DNA of 20,000 nucleotides from an uncultured virus (IMG/VR IMGVR_UViG_3300028008_002028) (lineage: Duplodnaviria; Heunggongvirae; Uroviricota; Caudoviricetes): IMG/VR virus record IMGVR_UViG_3300028008_002028. One strand, written 5' to 3'. Below, one piece after another: positions 7,878-16,426 of the stretch. The notes under the pieces are model-generated. The model saw only the letters and a list, made by a program, of their open reading frames with translations. It did not search any database and had not been told where the DNA came from. A program made the position numbers and the translations under genes. The stretch's first letter is position 1. Every line of letters starts with the position of its first letter.

Positions 7878-8051
7878 ATGGTAGATGTTTTAAAAGATAT
7901 CGAAGTGCTAGAAAATGCACTTATTCAAATCCAAGAAGGTGCAAGCGATGAAGTATACGCTGCACTATGGAGCTTGGAAAAGCTCTTAATAGAAAAGAAG
8001 GATATGGTTGCTGAGTTTGAAGCAACTGCTCCTAACACAGTCGGAGGCTAG
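7878..8051 (+). CDS. Hypothetical acidic helical protein (57 aa, MVDVLKDIEVLENAL...), not in ORF track
   Basis: Translated by hand; ATG abuts the upstream TAA; GAGG SD; its end contains the GGAGG SD of the next gene. Confidence 0.75.
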   Translation: MVDVLKDIEVLENALIQIQEGASDEVYAALWSLEKLLIEKKDMVAEFEATAPNTVGG

Positions 8052-8056
8052 ACTAT

Positions 8057-8524
8057 ATGAGAAACAATGAAAATGTTGGCAGAGGATTAATTGTTATAGC
8101 AATTTTACTTGTTGGCTTTATAATTGCAAATCCAGTATTTGCTAAAGAAGTAAAGATGGTGGAATATGATTTTCCTATCACACGAATTATTGATGGTGAT
8201 ACCGTAGCCTTTGAGGCAGACTTTTTACCAGATCCACTGAAGCAAGAATTAAGCATTCGTGTGTACGGTGTTGATACTCCCGAAAAGAGTTGGAGAGGCA
8301 AATGTGAAAGTGAACAAGCACTAGGCGAAAAGGCCAGTAAGTTTACTAAGAAACTAATTGCCAATGGTGATGTTATTAAGGTTGCTATTTACAAATGGGA
8401 TAAATTTGGTGGGCGTGTATTGGGTGATATAATTATTGATGGCAAAAGTCTTAGGCATGCTCTTATTGCCAAAGGATATGCACGTGAATACTATGGAGAT
8501 AAAAAGGAGAGCTGGTGTGAATAA
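8057..8524 (+). CDS. Thermonuclease (staphylococcal nuclease-like) with N-terminal signal/TM segment
   Basis: RIIDGDT, IRVYGVDTPE, DKFGGRVLG, LIAKGYAREY motifs. Confidence 0.92.
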   Translation: MRNNENVGRGLIVIAILLVGFIIANPVFAKEVKMVEYDFPITRIIDGDTVAFEADFLPDPLKQELSIRVYGVDTPEKSWRGKCESEQALGEKASKFTKKLIANGDVIKVAIYKWDKFGGRVLGDIIIDGKSLRHALIAKGYAREYYGDKKESWCE

Positions 8525-8544
8525 CGCCGGTTAAAGAGGAGGCA

Positions 8545-8571
8545 AGAGAGCGCCTTAACTGGCGCTTTTTT
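8545..8571 (+). terminator. Rho-independent terminator at the convergence of the two gene blocks
   Basis: AGAGAGCGCC-TTAACT-GGCGCTTTTTT hairpin with U tract. Confidence 0.75.
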
Positions 8572-8902
8572 GTGACTTACAGCTCATCACACAAATTGGC
8601 GGTGGGTTATCGCTTTCCCAACCTTCGTGATATATGTATTTTTGAAATAACTCGTGTTCTATGATTTCATGCATGTCTTTATATTCTAAGTTATTCCAAT
8701 TTGGATCTTTATCAAATACATCCATTATTGTTTTGTCATTTTGCATAGCTGGAATGTTATCATCATGCTTAAATGCTTCGGCAATTATTTTATCCCATGT
8801 AGTGGCAAAATAACAACAAGGCCAAACTATGCCTTCTGGTGTTACTTCCCAACGCCTTAGACCAGAATCTATTGCTTGGCATTCTATGTTACATTTTGGC
8901 AT
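8555..8902 (-). CDS. Stand-alone SPASM/twitch-like Fe-S domain protein
   Basis: EC...VTPEGIVWPCCY...ICVMSC aligns with the C-terminal domain of the 1255-2310 enzyme; AGGA SD 7 nt upstream of ATG 8902. Confidence 0.8.
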   Translation of the reverse strand: MPKCNIECQAIDSGLRRWEVTPEGIVWPCCYFATTWDKIIAEAFKHDDNIPAMQNDKTIMDVFDKDPNWNNLEYKDMHEIIEHELFQKYIYHEGWESDNPPPICVMSCKSQKSAS

Positions 8903-9554
8903 TGTCAAATCCTATTTGAATATTATTATCTCTGTTTAATTTTTCACTTGCTTTTTTATTCTCAGGAGTTATTAACCCAATCCAGCGCCTGTTGTAATTA
9001 AATGTAATTCTAATATCTAGTTCATCAGCCATTTGTTTAGCAAGTGGTACTTGATGCCAATTCCAATCAAATATTAAAAACCACCAAGAGGCTCTATTAC
9101 CTCCACCACGTGTGAATGCAATCATATTATCCATTGCACGTTGAAAGTCAACACCTTCTCTGTACTTCCAATTGGTGTCGTGGTCGGTTCCATCTATTGC
9201 AAAGTTTATTATCAATTTATCTTTATACTTTTGTGATATAGATTTATACCATTCAGGCTGTCGTAATCCACCATTAGTTGATATGCTCACTTCAGGAGCA
9301 TACTTCAATGCGGTATCTATAAAATCATCTATTTGTGGATGCATCATAGGATCACCAAACTCACCACAAAATTCTATGTCGCTAAATTCTATGTGACCTT
9401 GTGTTGCTTTTAGTCTTTTTTCAAACACATCTAATTTCATGTGTTGTAATGGAACCCATGTTTCTTTTTCTCCGGTTTCCTGATTTGTTCTAGCACAGCT
9501 TCTACACTTAGCTTGGCAATAAGTGGTCAATGCAAAGTCAAAAGAATGTTTCAT
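8889..9554 (-). CDS. Radical SAM core-only protein
   Basis: CQAKCRSC, GEFGDPMMHP, STNGG, FAIDG; paralog of the N-terminal part of 1255-2310. Confidence 0.9.
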   Translation of the reverse strand: MKHSFDFALTTYCQAKCRSCARTNQETGEKETWVPLQHMKLDVFEKRLKATQGHIEFSDIEFCGEFGDPMMHPQIDDFIDTALKYAPEVSISTNGGLRQPEWYKSISQKYKDKLIINFAIDGTDHDTNWKYREGVDFQRAMDNMIAFTRGGGNRASWWFLIFDWNWHQVPLAKQMADELDIRITFNYNRRWIGLITPENKKASEKLNRDNNIQIGFDNAKM

Positions 9555-10186
9555 CGCTCTCTTAAATTGTCCTGTATAAATCTAATGCTGGCGTCTGTTA
9601 CCTGTGCATTAACTACTAGCCAAAGACTATCGTGTGATGTGCTACAATTAAATAATGTATGTTGTTTGGTTGTGTTAACTACATAACATTCACCATAGTC
9701 AAATTTAAGTGTTTCGTTTTCTAACATGAATCTACAATGAGGTGGGTTGCAATTTTCTATAGCCCATATAAGTCTAAAACTAGTTTGCTCGCCATACACG
9801 TGATCTCTATGTGGTGGAAAGTATCCACCTGGTGGGAGTCTTAGGAAGTGTGATCTAACACTCCAATCCAACATAGGACCTACTACTCGTTGTAGCTCAG
9901 AGCTGGTATGATATAGTTCTGTAGGGACATTAAAATCTTCTTCAGTGTAACTAGTACCGTGTTCTCTATTCCATTCACCTAAACTATCCAGTGCTGGCCC
10001 AGGGCCGCATTTGCCACGCTCATTAAGAATACACAAGCCGTCACGTTTAATCCAATCCTTGCGTGGATTATATTTTGCCCATTTATCATCATGTGCTGAA
10101 ACTTCATGTAGTAATTGATCTACATCAAACTCAGCACCGATCTGATAAAAGTCGCCGAACTGCGTAATTTTTGAAATATCATTCAA
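9551..10186 (-). CDS. 2OG-Fe(II) oxygenase, Asp/Asn beta-hydroxylase-like
   Basis: LRLPPGGYFPPHRD (HxD) ... NTTKQHTLFN (distal His); TTG start with AGGA SD. Confidence 0.8.
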   Translation of the reverse strand: MNDISKITQFGDFYQIGAEFDVDQLLHEVSAHDDKWAKYNPRKDWIKRDGLCILNERGKCGPGPALDSLGEWNREHGTSYTEEDFNVPTELYHTSSELQRVVGPMLDWSVRSHFLRLPPGGYFPPHRDHVYGEQTSFRLIWAIENCNPPHCRFMLENETLKFDYGECYVVNTTKQHTLFNCSTSHDSLWLVVNAQVTDASIRFIQDNLRER

Positions 10187-10195
10187 TTTGATTTC

Positions 10196-11035
10196 CTACT
10201 CGTCGTGTGTGTTAGCATAGTTCTGCTTGAACGATGCCTGTGGATTCTCTCCACCATCTACACGTTTGCTTAGATGTTTTATGTATTGTTGTATGTTGTG
10301 ATCAGAAAATGAATCTAACTTACCTTTAGCAATACCTCTAATAATTCCACGCCATACATCTTTGATGCGTTGCCAACCATGTAGTTTTCTTAGGTTGCCA
10401 TAATGATTAAAGTATTGATTTTGTCCATGATGAACATAACCAAATATAACAAATGGTACTCTAGTTACTATATCTGCATTGTTAACCCAACGATAATGAG
10501 TAAATGGAAATTCATTAAGATAAGTTTTCCAGCCAACTCTAGGTGATCCAAATGTATGTAATTCTTTTGGATTGTACAATGCACTATCGCCTCTGCATCT
10601 ACTTGCTATTATAGTTGACATAGCTGCACCAAGTGAATGTCCGCATAACCAAATACTACGTTTTGATTGTTCTCTAACTAGGTCTTCTTTTATTGAATCC
10701 CATAACTTGTCAGTTTCGCCTTTAAAGCCTCTATGTACTCTACCTACTCTGTATTCAGCAACTACTGGCCACGTTTGTGCGTCTGCCTTTATGTCGTTAT
10801 ACTTTGTTGGTTCTGTTCCACGGCATGCAATAACAATATCATACTTGTTCATAAAACGATACGCTTCTGCACCGTCTTTGCGATAAAATTCAACTGTAGT
10901 GAATCCAAGTTTTCTTGCTTGCTTAGTTGCGTTTGCTTCTCTATAATATGCAATGGCACTGAGTTCAGCAAATAATAATGCTCTTTCGTTGCCTGATAAT
11001 AATTCTATCTTATTTGTTAACTTTTTACTGTGCAT
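10196..11035 (-). CDS. Class 3 lipase (alpha/beta hydrolase)
   Basis: CRGTE, VHRGF, GHSLGAA (nucleophile), TFGSPRVG, NNADIVTRVP, SDH. Confidence 0.93.
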   Translation of the reverse strand: MHSKKLTNKIELLSGNERALLFAELSAIAYYREANATKQARKLGFTTVEFYRKDGAEAYRFMNKYDIVIACRGTEPTKYNDIKADAQTWPVVAEYRVGRVHRGFKGETDKLWDSIKEDLVREQSKRSIWLCGHSLGAAMSTIIASRCRGDSALYNPKELHTFGSPRVGWKTYLNEFPFTHYRWVNNADIVTRVPFVIFGYVHHGQNQYFNHYGNLRKLHGWQRIKDVWRGIIRGIAKGKLDSFSDHNIQQYIKHLSKRVDGGENPQASFKQNYANTHDE

Positions 11036-11040
11036 ATATG

Positions 11041-11048
11041 TATTTATA
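11041..11048 (-). promoter_or_regulatory. T4-type late promoter TATAAATA
   Basis: Exact consensus 5 nt upstream of the lipase ATG, overlapping the upstream stop codon; no SD present. Confidence 0.55.
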
Positions 11049-12177
11049 CTTTTCGTTTAGGTATCTTACTATCCGCACTAGAAACACATGCTTTTGTTGT
11101 GCATATTGTAGGTTTATCAAACAATTTAAAGCCAGTTTCAATATTACCTAGAGGTTGATCGCCACAACTGTAGCTACGTTTTATACTTCCATCTGGCTCT
11201 CTAATGATAATACCTTGGTATCCGCTGTTACACATCCAGCCTTGAAAGTTGTTGAAGTCAAATGCATTGAAACGTTCTGCTTGGTCCATATACCACTTCT
11301 TGCCTTTACTGTCTGTGAACTCCACTTGCATGTGCCAAGGAACACTTGCATCGTTTGTACCAATAGTGTAGTCTGGCATTTCAAACGATGGCTTAGGACG
11401 TTTAACTACTTTTGCTTCTGCAGCCTTTTGTTCTGTATAACTACGCTGTGGCATACCATTGTGTAACTTAGCTCTCATTTCATCAGTATATCCATCAACA
11501 ACTCTACTTGCTGTTGGATCTGATTGAGGTTTTAGTGTTACATTGATGCCTTGATTGTGAAAGAACAATGCATTTTCATAATACAGATCAAATAACTCAG
11601 GTACCATAACCATATTAATAGTTATTTGTACATCATGTTGTTGACAAAGTATAAGTTTGTCTGCTAAGTCTTGCATCTTCTCTGGAGTATCAACATGCTC
11701 TACGTGTAAACTACATGTAATACTTGCTCTATGAAAATGACTTGCATATTCCACATAAGTCTTAAACCATTTGATTGGACGACTACAATTACTTGTCATG
11801 TGGATACTTGTGTAGTTTGTGTTGTGTACATCGTCTGCTAGATGTTTTAGCATATCTAAATAGCCAGGATGAAATGTAGGTTCGCCTCCACTTAGACTAA
11901 AGTGAAAACTGTTGAATCCATTTTGTCTTGCTTGGCGTTTTATCTCATCGATTGTTTTTAAGTTAAGTTCAGTTGGTCTGTGATCCTTACGACCACTACG
12001 TGCATAAGGCCAACAATAACTACAATTATAGTTACAGAAGCGGCCCAATAGCCAACTAACAGTAAATAGATCTCGATACAATAAAGTACGTTGTCCTACC
12101 TGTACTAGATCATCATATGGAATTTTAGTAAAGTCATAATTACTCCATTTTAAATCGTCTTTAAATGCTTTTTCCAT
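11044..12177 (-). CDS. Radical SAM protein with C-terminal twitch-like Cys cluster
   Basis: CNYNCSYC, SGGEPT, MTSN; C-terminal WMCNSG...DGSIKRSYSC...CTTKAC. Confidence 0.92.
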   Translation of the reverse strand: MEKAFKDDLKWSNYDFTKIPYDDLVQVGQRTLLYRDLFTVSWLLGRFCNYNCSYCWPYARSGRKDHRPTELNLKTIDEIKRQARQNGFNSFHFSLSGGEPTFHPGYLDMLKHLADDVHNTNYTSIHMTSNCSRPIKWFKTYVEYASHFHRASITCSLHVEHVDTPEKMQDLADKLILCQQHDVQITINMVMVPELFDLYYENALFFHNQGINVTLKPQSDPTASRVVDGYTDEMRAKLHNGMPQRSYTEQKAAEAKVVKRPKPSFEMPDYTIGTNDASVPWHMQVEFTDSKGKKWYMDQAERFNAFDFNNFQGWMCNSGYQGIIIREPDGSIKRSYSCGDQPLGNIETGFKLFDKPTICTTKACVSSADSKIPKRKV

Positions 12178-12189
12178 TATTTGTTTCCT

Positions 12190-12831
12190 TTAGTATCCTT
12201 CTTCAAAATAGTTTTCCATGTGAGGGGCATATTTTGTTATTATCTTACAATTTTCATGTGTATAATCTTCTATTTTCTTTTGCATAATCTCTGGAGAAAT
12301 ATTTTGGTTCGTAAGTTTTATTAATCTTGTTATTTCATCTATGTCGCGATCAGCAAATAATTTTTTATAATCTACTTTATGATCCCATTTCATTCCATTT
12401 GGTGACAAAAATATTGGTTCTCTGTCTCTGCGTACTACACTCGCATATAGGCTATCTGTGTGCAAATCATCGAGTATTTCATTATTACCTGTGTGTACTC
12501 GTTTTTTAATTTCAAATATTAATGCTACAAAAAATTTACATTTTAAATCGTTGGGTTGAGTTCCAAATGTTATTGCTATAAGATTAAGAGACAGTTCCAA
12601 TTGTTTTGCTACTTTAATTAAGGAATCTACTTCATATGGATGCGTTGTTGTAACTCCATTAAAATGGTTAACTTGTTCATCATCTATGGCAAAAACATTA
12701 TCTAACTCATCGCAGCATGGCAAGTATTCATTTGACTTAGTGACTATATAGTCACTACTTCCTGATAAATTATATCCTAAGAACATACCACCTGCACCCG
12801 AATCATATACTATTACATTTCTATCTATCAT
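12190..12831 (-). CDS. Hypothetical protein with N-terminal GAGG loop (possible P-loop/sulfotransferase-like fold)
   Basis: VIVYDSGAGGMFL; ATGA overlap with the upstream gene. Fold assignment is weak. Confidence 0.6.
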   Translation of the reverse strand: MIDRNVIVYDSGAGGMFLGYNLSGSSDYIVTKSNEYLPCCDELDNVFAIDDEQVNHFNGVTTTHPYEVDSLIKVAKQLELSLNLIAITFGTQPNDLKCKFFVALIFEIKKRVHTGNNEILDDLHTDSLYASVVRRDREPIFLSPNGMKWDHKVDYKKLFADRDIDEITRLIKLTNQNISPEIMQKKIEDYTHENCKIITKYAPHMENYFEEGY

Positions 12832-13382
12832 ACTTGTAATGGGTCCACGCTCAATTCATTTACTGATAGGTGTTCGGGCATGTTAATTACATACTCTATT
12901 AAATCTACTGCTTCGTCTAGTGTCATTGTTTTACGTTCTGGGTGTTTATGTGCATTGTTTTCCAATGTGCCAAATGTAACATAACTTACCTTAGGGCCAC
13001 CTTGCCAAATACTTTTTAAACCCATTGCATTGCTTGTGCTACGTAGGGCCTTCTTTTCTTGTTGATAAAGCCAATCGCTACCCTTTGTAGCTCTGTCAGT
13101 TGTACTGCCTAAATTAACTATATGTAGTCGTTTAAGGTGTCTTAAGGCGTCTTTATAGACTGTATCTAGTACCATAGTTTGATTGAAGTGCCATAATGCA
13201 CTACAGTTAATAAAAACGTCAAAGTTAAGAGCCTTTTCTGCGAGCTTAGATCTATAGCCATTTTCAGTTAAATCGTAACCCCATGTGGTTCTACCAACAA
13301 ATACTGTATCAGGCCAGCGTTTAGCAATAGCACTTGCTACTCCTACTTCTGGATTACCTGTGCATAGTATTGTTTTAGACAT
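12828..13382 (-). CDS. Short-chain dehydrogenase/reductase-like oxidoreductase
   Basis: ILCTGNPEVGVA (TGxxxxG), DVFINCS, IVNLGS, YQQEK (YxxxK). Start MSKTIL at 13382. Confidence 0.8.
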   Translation of the reverse strand: MSKTILCTGNPEVGVASAIAKRWPDTVFVGRTTWGYDLTENGYRSKLAEKALNFDVFINCSALWHFNQTMVLDTVYKDALRHLKRLHIVNLGSTTDRATKGSDWLYQQEKKALRSTSNAMGLKSIWQGGPKVSYVTFGTLENNAHKHPERKTMTLDEAVDLIEYVINMPEHLSVNELSVDPLQV

Positions 13383-14601
13383 CAATGTATCCTTCAAACT
13401 CAGGACATGCATCAAGCAGTTTACCACGTTGTAGTTCATCCATTTTGAGATTGTAATCTACAAATTCTTTCCAGTGTTCAGCGTGTAAATCTTCTGTCCA
13501 CATGTACTTTATTACATCTTCTACCTTAGGCCAATGCTTGTATTGTTCTAAGTTATCTTGTGCTAACTGTTTTAATTCTTTGGGTAGTAGTTGTATATTC
13601 ATACTGCGAGGATGATTTAGAATATTTAAATATACTTGATCTCCTGTTAATCCTCTTGACTCTGCAAAATCTAATAGTTCTGGTAATGCTACTACGTTTA
13701 GTGCTTGTATTGTGCAATGTATTTGTATGTCAACTGAATCAATTGTTCTTAGTTTATCAAATACTTCTACTACTTTTTTCCAACTGCTAGGATATCTAAT
13801 ATATCTATCTCTGGCTCCAACTGCATCAATACTGCAATTAAGTTGTACACGTTTAAAGTGACTCCAATAGTCAATCATTTTTTGTGGAATGTTTGTAAGG
13901 TTAGTATTATATTTTAATTTGATATTGCTTGCTAAGTCATGTTCTATACAATAGTCTAATAATTTGTATTGTGATATTGCCAGTGTAGGTTCACCACCTG
14001 TTAGATAAATCTCTTCAACAGTGTGTGCAATGTTTTGAAAGTTTAATCCAGTTTGCTTGTAGTCAGGCCATTCAGTCATTACGTTCATAAATGCTAGTGT
14101 CTCTCCTGTAAGCTCTACTGGTGGATCTAATTTTGCTGTTGGTATTACTGCGTTCCAATCTTTAATCCACATACTACTTGCCCAAGGATTACACATTCTG
14201 CATTTTAAATTACATAAGTTGCCCAAACGTAAATCTACATAACGCACATCTACTGGAATTTCTACATCTACTTTAACATCATCTGTCCACCATTTCTCAT
14301 TAAAGCCTGCACGTGGACTACGAATACCTGCATCTTCTTCACGGAAACAACGAACACACATTTCTGGCTTCTCACCATCAATAAACTGTTGTCGTATTTT
14401 TGTATAGGTAGGACTGTTCCATACATCTTCTACTTCATGTTTGTATATCTTATATGGCTTATCTGTTTCGGGATCTTTAATTTGATTTGTATTAGGATTA
14501 CTATTACAGCATACTCTAAACGAGCCAGCAGCATTTGTTGCCACATGCATAAATGGTAAAACGCAAAAAGTCTCACTTGGTAATGGTTTAGTTGTCTTCA
14601 T
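13375..14601 (-). CDS. Radical SAM protein with N-terminal twitch-like domain
   Basis: FCVLPF...RVCC...CVRCFREE, then CNLKCRMC, TGGEPT, YNTN, SIDA...YIRYPSSW. Start MKTTKP at 14601. Confidence 0.93.
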   Translation of the reverse strand: MKTTKPLPSETFCVLPFMHVATNAAGSFRVCCNSNPNTNQIKDPETDKPYKIYKHEVEDVWNSPTYTKIRQQFIDGEKPEMCVRCFREEDAGIRSPRAGFNEKWWTDDVKVDVEIPVDVRYVDLRLGNLCNLKCRMCNPWASSMWIKDWNAVIPTAKLDPPVELTGETLAFMNVMTEWPDYKQTGLNFQNIAHTVEEIYLTGGEPTLAISQYKLLDYCIEHDLASNIKLKYNTNLTNIPQKMIDYWSHFKRVQLNCSIDAVGARDRYIRYPSSWKKVVEVFDKLRTIDSVDIQIHCTIQALNVVALPELLDFAESRGLTGDQVYLNILNHPRSMNIQLLPKELKQLAQDNLEQYKHWPKVEDVIKYMWTEDLHAEHWKEFVDYNLKMDELQRGKLLDACPEFEGYIDV

Positions 14602-14710
14602 TATTGCTCTCTTTAGTTTGACGGCCTTTTCCAGATAGGTAGTTGACAGTATCTGGCTTACCAAATATCTTTATATATAATTTTGTAATGAAAGCCTCAA
14701 TGTTGTTCAT
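14588..14710 (-). CDS. Putative 40-aa peptide (MNNIEAFITKLYIKIFGKPDTVNYLSGKGRQTKESNNEDN)
   Basis: Fills the gap between two radical SAM genes, overlaps the downstream start, and is preceded by ATAAATA (14719-14725). Confidence 0.5.
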   Translation of the reverse strand: MNNIEAFITKLYIKIFGKPDTVNYLSGKGRQTKESNNEDN

Positions 14711-14726
14711 AACGTTACTATTTATT

Positions 14727-15698
14727 TTAAATAAAATCCTGGTAGTTAGTACCATGTATTTTATCAAGTATCTCACTTTGTTCTATTAATCGTTTTCTTA
14801 GCAATCCATCCTTCATTGCATCTGGTGACATAAATGATGGTTTTATTACAGGTGTACTAACATGATAAACAATCTTATTACTTTTACACCAGTTCTCTAC
14901 TTCGTCTAAATTGTTTCTATTAAACACCATAGGAAGTATAGTCACAGTCATATATGTATTATCGGGTTTTTGCTTGTTAAATATAACAGCATTCTCACTT
15001 GTTGTCAACCAACTTGAACCTGGACGTATATATTCGTATCTATCTCCTATTGCTTCAATGCTTATGTTTATGTTTACTCGTTTAAACTTTTCAAACAAAT
15101 GATTCCATGCTCTTAAATCATGACTTCCATTTGTAATAAGTTCTAGTGTAATTGCTGGTGCAACATCTTCGTCAATAAGACGTTGTATTATTTTCTTTAC
15201 CTGTGGTATCATAAATGGTTCACCGCCTGTAAATTTTACATAACTAGCATCGAGCATAAGTGGAGTAAATTCTAATGCCTCACTTGCCCAACGTGTATTA
15301 TGTTTGTCGTCATAATAAGGTTCCCAATTGGCTTCTTGATTATTACGTACTATGTTTGCCCATGTGCTACTGCTAGTCTGATTACACATTCTACATGCAA
15401 AGTTGCAAGTATTGTTTATTTTAAAATCCCAATGCTTGATGCCTACTTCATTGTCTAGTCGTTCATTGTACATTGTGCGTAAACTTTGTCCAGTGAGTTC
15501 TTCGCTTAGTTTACATTCAGCACATTCATCTAGCCATTGTGTTTCACTACGCTCGCTCAATTCATCATGAAGTGTTTTCCAGTCATCTGTCCAATACAGG
15601 TTTGACTGTCCTTCTTTAACTTCAAACGCACAACAAGGTCGCACTGCTCCAGTGGGTCCTATTGTTAAACCATTTTTAAATATTGAACATCTTGGCAT
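14727..15698 (-). CDS. Radical SAM protein with N-terminal twitch-like domain
   Basis: C...GAVRPCC...CAECKLSE...SLR, then CNFACRMC, TGGEPF, ITNG, SIEA...YEYIRPGSSW; paralog of 13375-14601. Confidence 0.92.
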   Translation of the reverse strand: MPRCSIFKNGLTIGPTGAVRPCCAFEVKEGQSNLYWTDDWKTLHDELSERSETQWLDECAECKLSEELTGQSLRTMYNERLDNEVGIKHWDFKINNTCNFACRMCNQTSSSTWANIVRNNQEANWEPYYDDKHNTRWASEALEFTPLMLDASYVKFTGGEPFMIPQVKKIIQRLIDEDVAPAITLELITNGSHDLRAWNHLFEKFKRVNINISIEAIGDRYEYIRPGSSWLTTSENAVIFNKQKPDNTYMTVTILPMVFNRNNLDEVENWCKSNKIVYHVSTPVIKPSFMSPDAMKDGLLRKRLIEQSEILDKIHGTNYQDFI

Positions 15699-16425
15699 AG
15701 TTATTATTTAAAATTTCCTTAAACTCTGACGAAGTATCTCCATCAAATATCATATGGATACGTGGCTCATCACTGCGGTTCCATACTGCATGATGATAGC
15801 CTGTGTTTATTTTCATTGCACGACCTGGAACAAATGGCATTTCGCCAAAGTCCTCTAGTACTAGTTTACAACCATCTGGATTGTTAATAGCAACATTGGT
15901 TGCTCCTAGACTCACAGTTGATGGCCTGTCTTGGTGTGGTCTAATCCAACCATCTGGTAGTAATGCCATAAATCTTACACGAGTAAATTTGTCGTATAGC
16001 ATCTCATCTTGCATCCACTCTTTTGTAATTGGACAAAACTTACTAATATCAGTCCAGTCAGCTAATTCACTTTCTGCTTCATCTGGCATTCCATAATCTT
16101 CTGGAACATTTGTATGTACACTGCTCATTCCATGCATACATAAACTTAACCAGCCTCCGCCACTGTTAGCTCTGTGTAAGCTAAAGCATTCAGTTTCCAA
16201 TAAGTGTATTGCTTCTGCATGTATTTCTTTCCATGGTATATTAATTTCTGGTAGCGACACCCATGGAACTTGTGTGTTGTCCATTATGTCACATTCATCC
16301 TCTGGTATAATTTGTTCTTTATCTGCGCTTGCTGGATTCCTATCAGCATGCTGATTGTCAAAGAACCATTGCTTTGATTCTTCGTCTATTTCTTCCCAAT
16401 ATGCTAAACGCTTATAGTCTTTCAT
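15676..16425 (-). CDS. 2OG-Fe(II) oxygenase, Asp/Asn beta-hydroxylase-like
   Basis: RFMALLPDGWIRPHQD (HxD) ... NTGYHHAVWNRSDEPRIH (distal His and 2OG-binding Arg). Confidence 0.87.
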   Translation of the reverse strand: MKDYKRLAYWEEIDEESKQWFFDNQHADRNPASADKEQIIPEDECDIMDNTQVPWVSLPEINIPWKEIHAEAIHLLETECFSLHRANSGGGWLSLCMHGMSSVHTNVPEDYGMPDEAESELADWTDISKFCPITKEWMQDEMLYDKFTRVRFMALLPDGWIRPHQDRPSTVSLGATNVAINNPDGCKLVLEDFGEMPFVPGRAMKINTGYHHAVWNRSDEPRIHMIFDGDTSSEFKEILNNNYAKMFNI

Positions 16426-16426
16426 T

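Noticed and set aside
11044..15698. Assigning the radical SAM genes to queE, moaA, nrdG, pqqE or viperin
   Set aside because: Partner genes and family-specific motifs are absent; only generic radical SAM and twitch motifs are supported.
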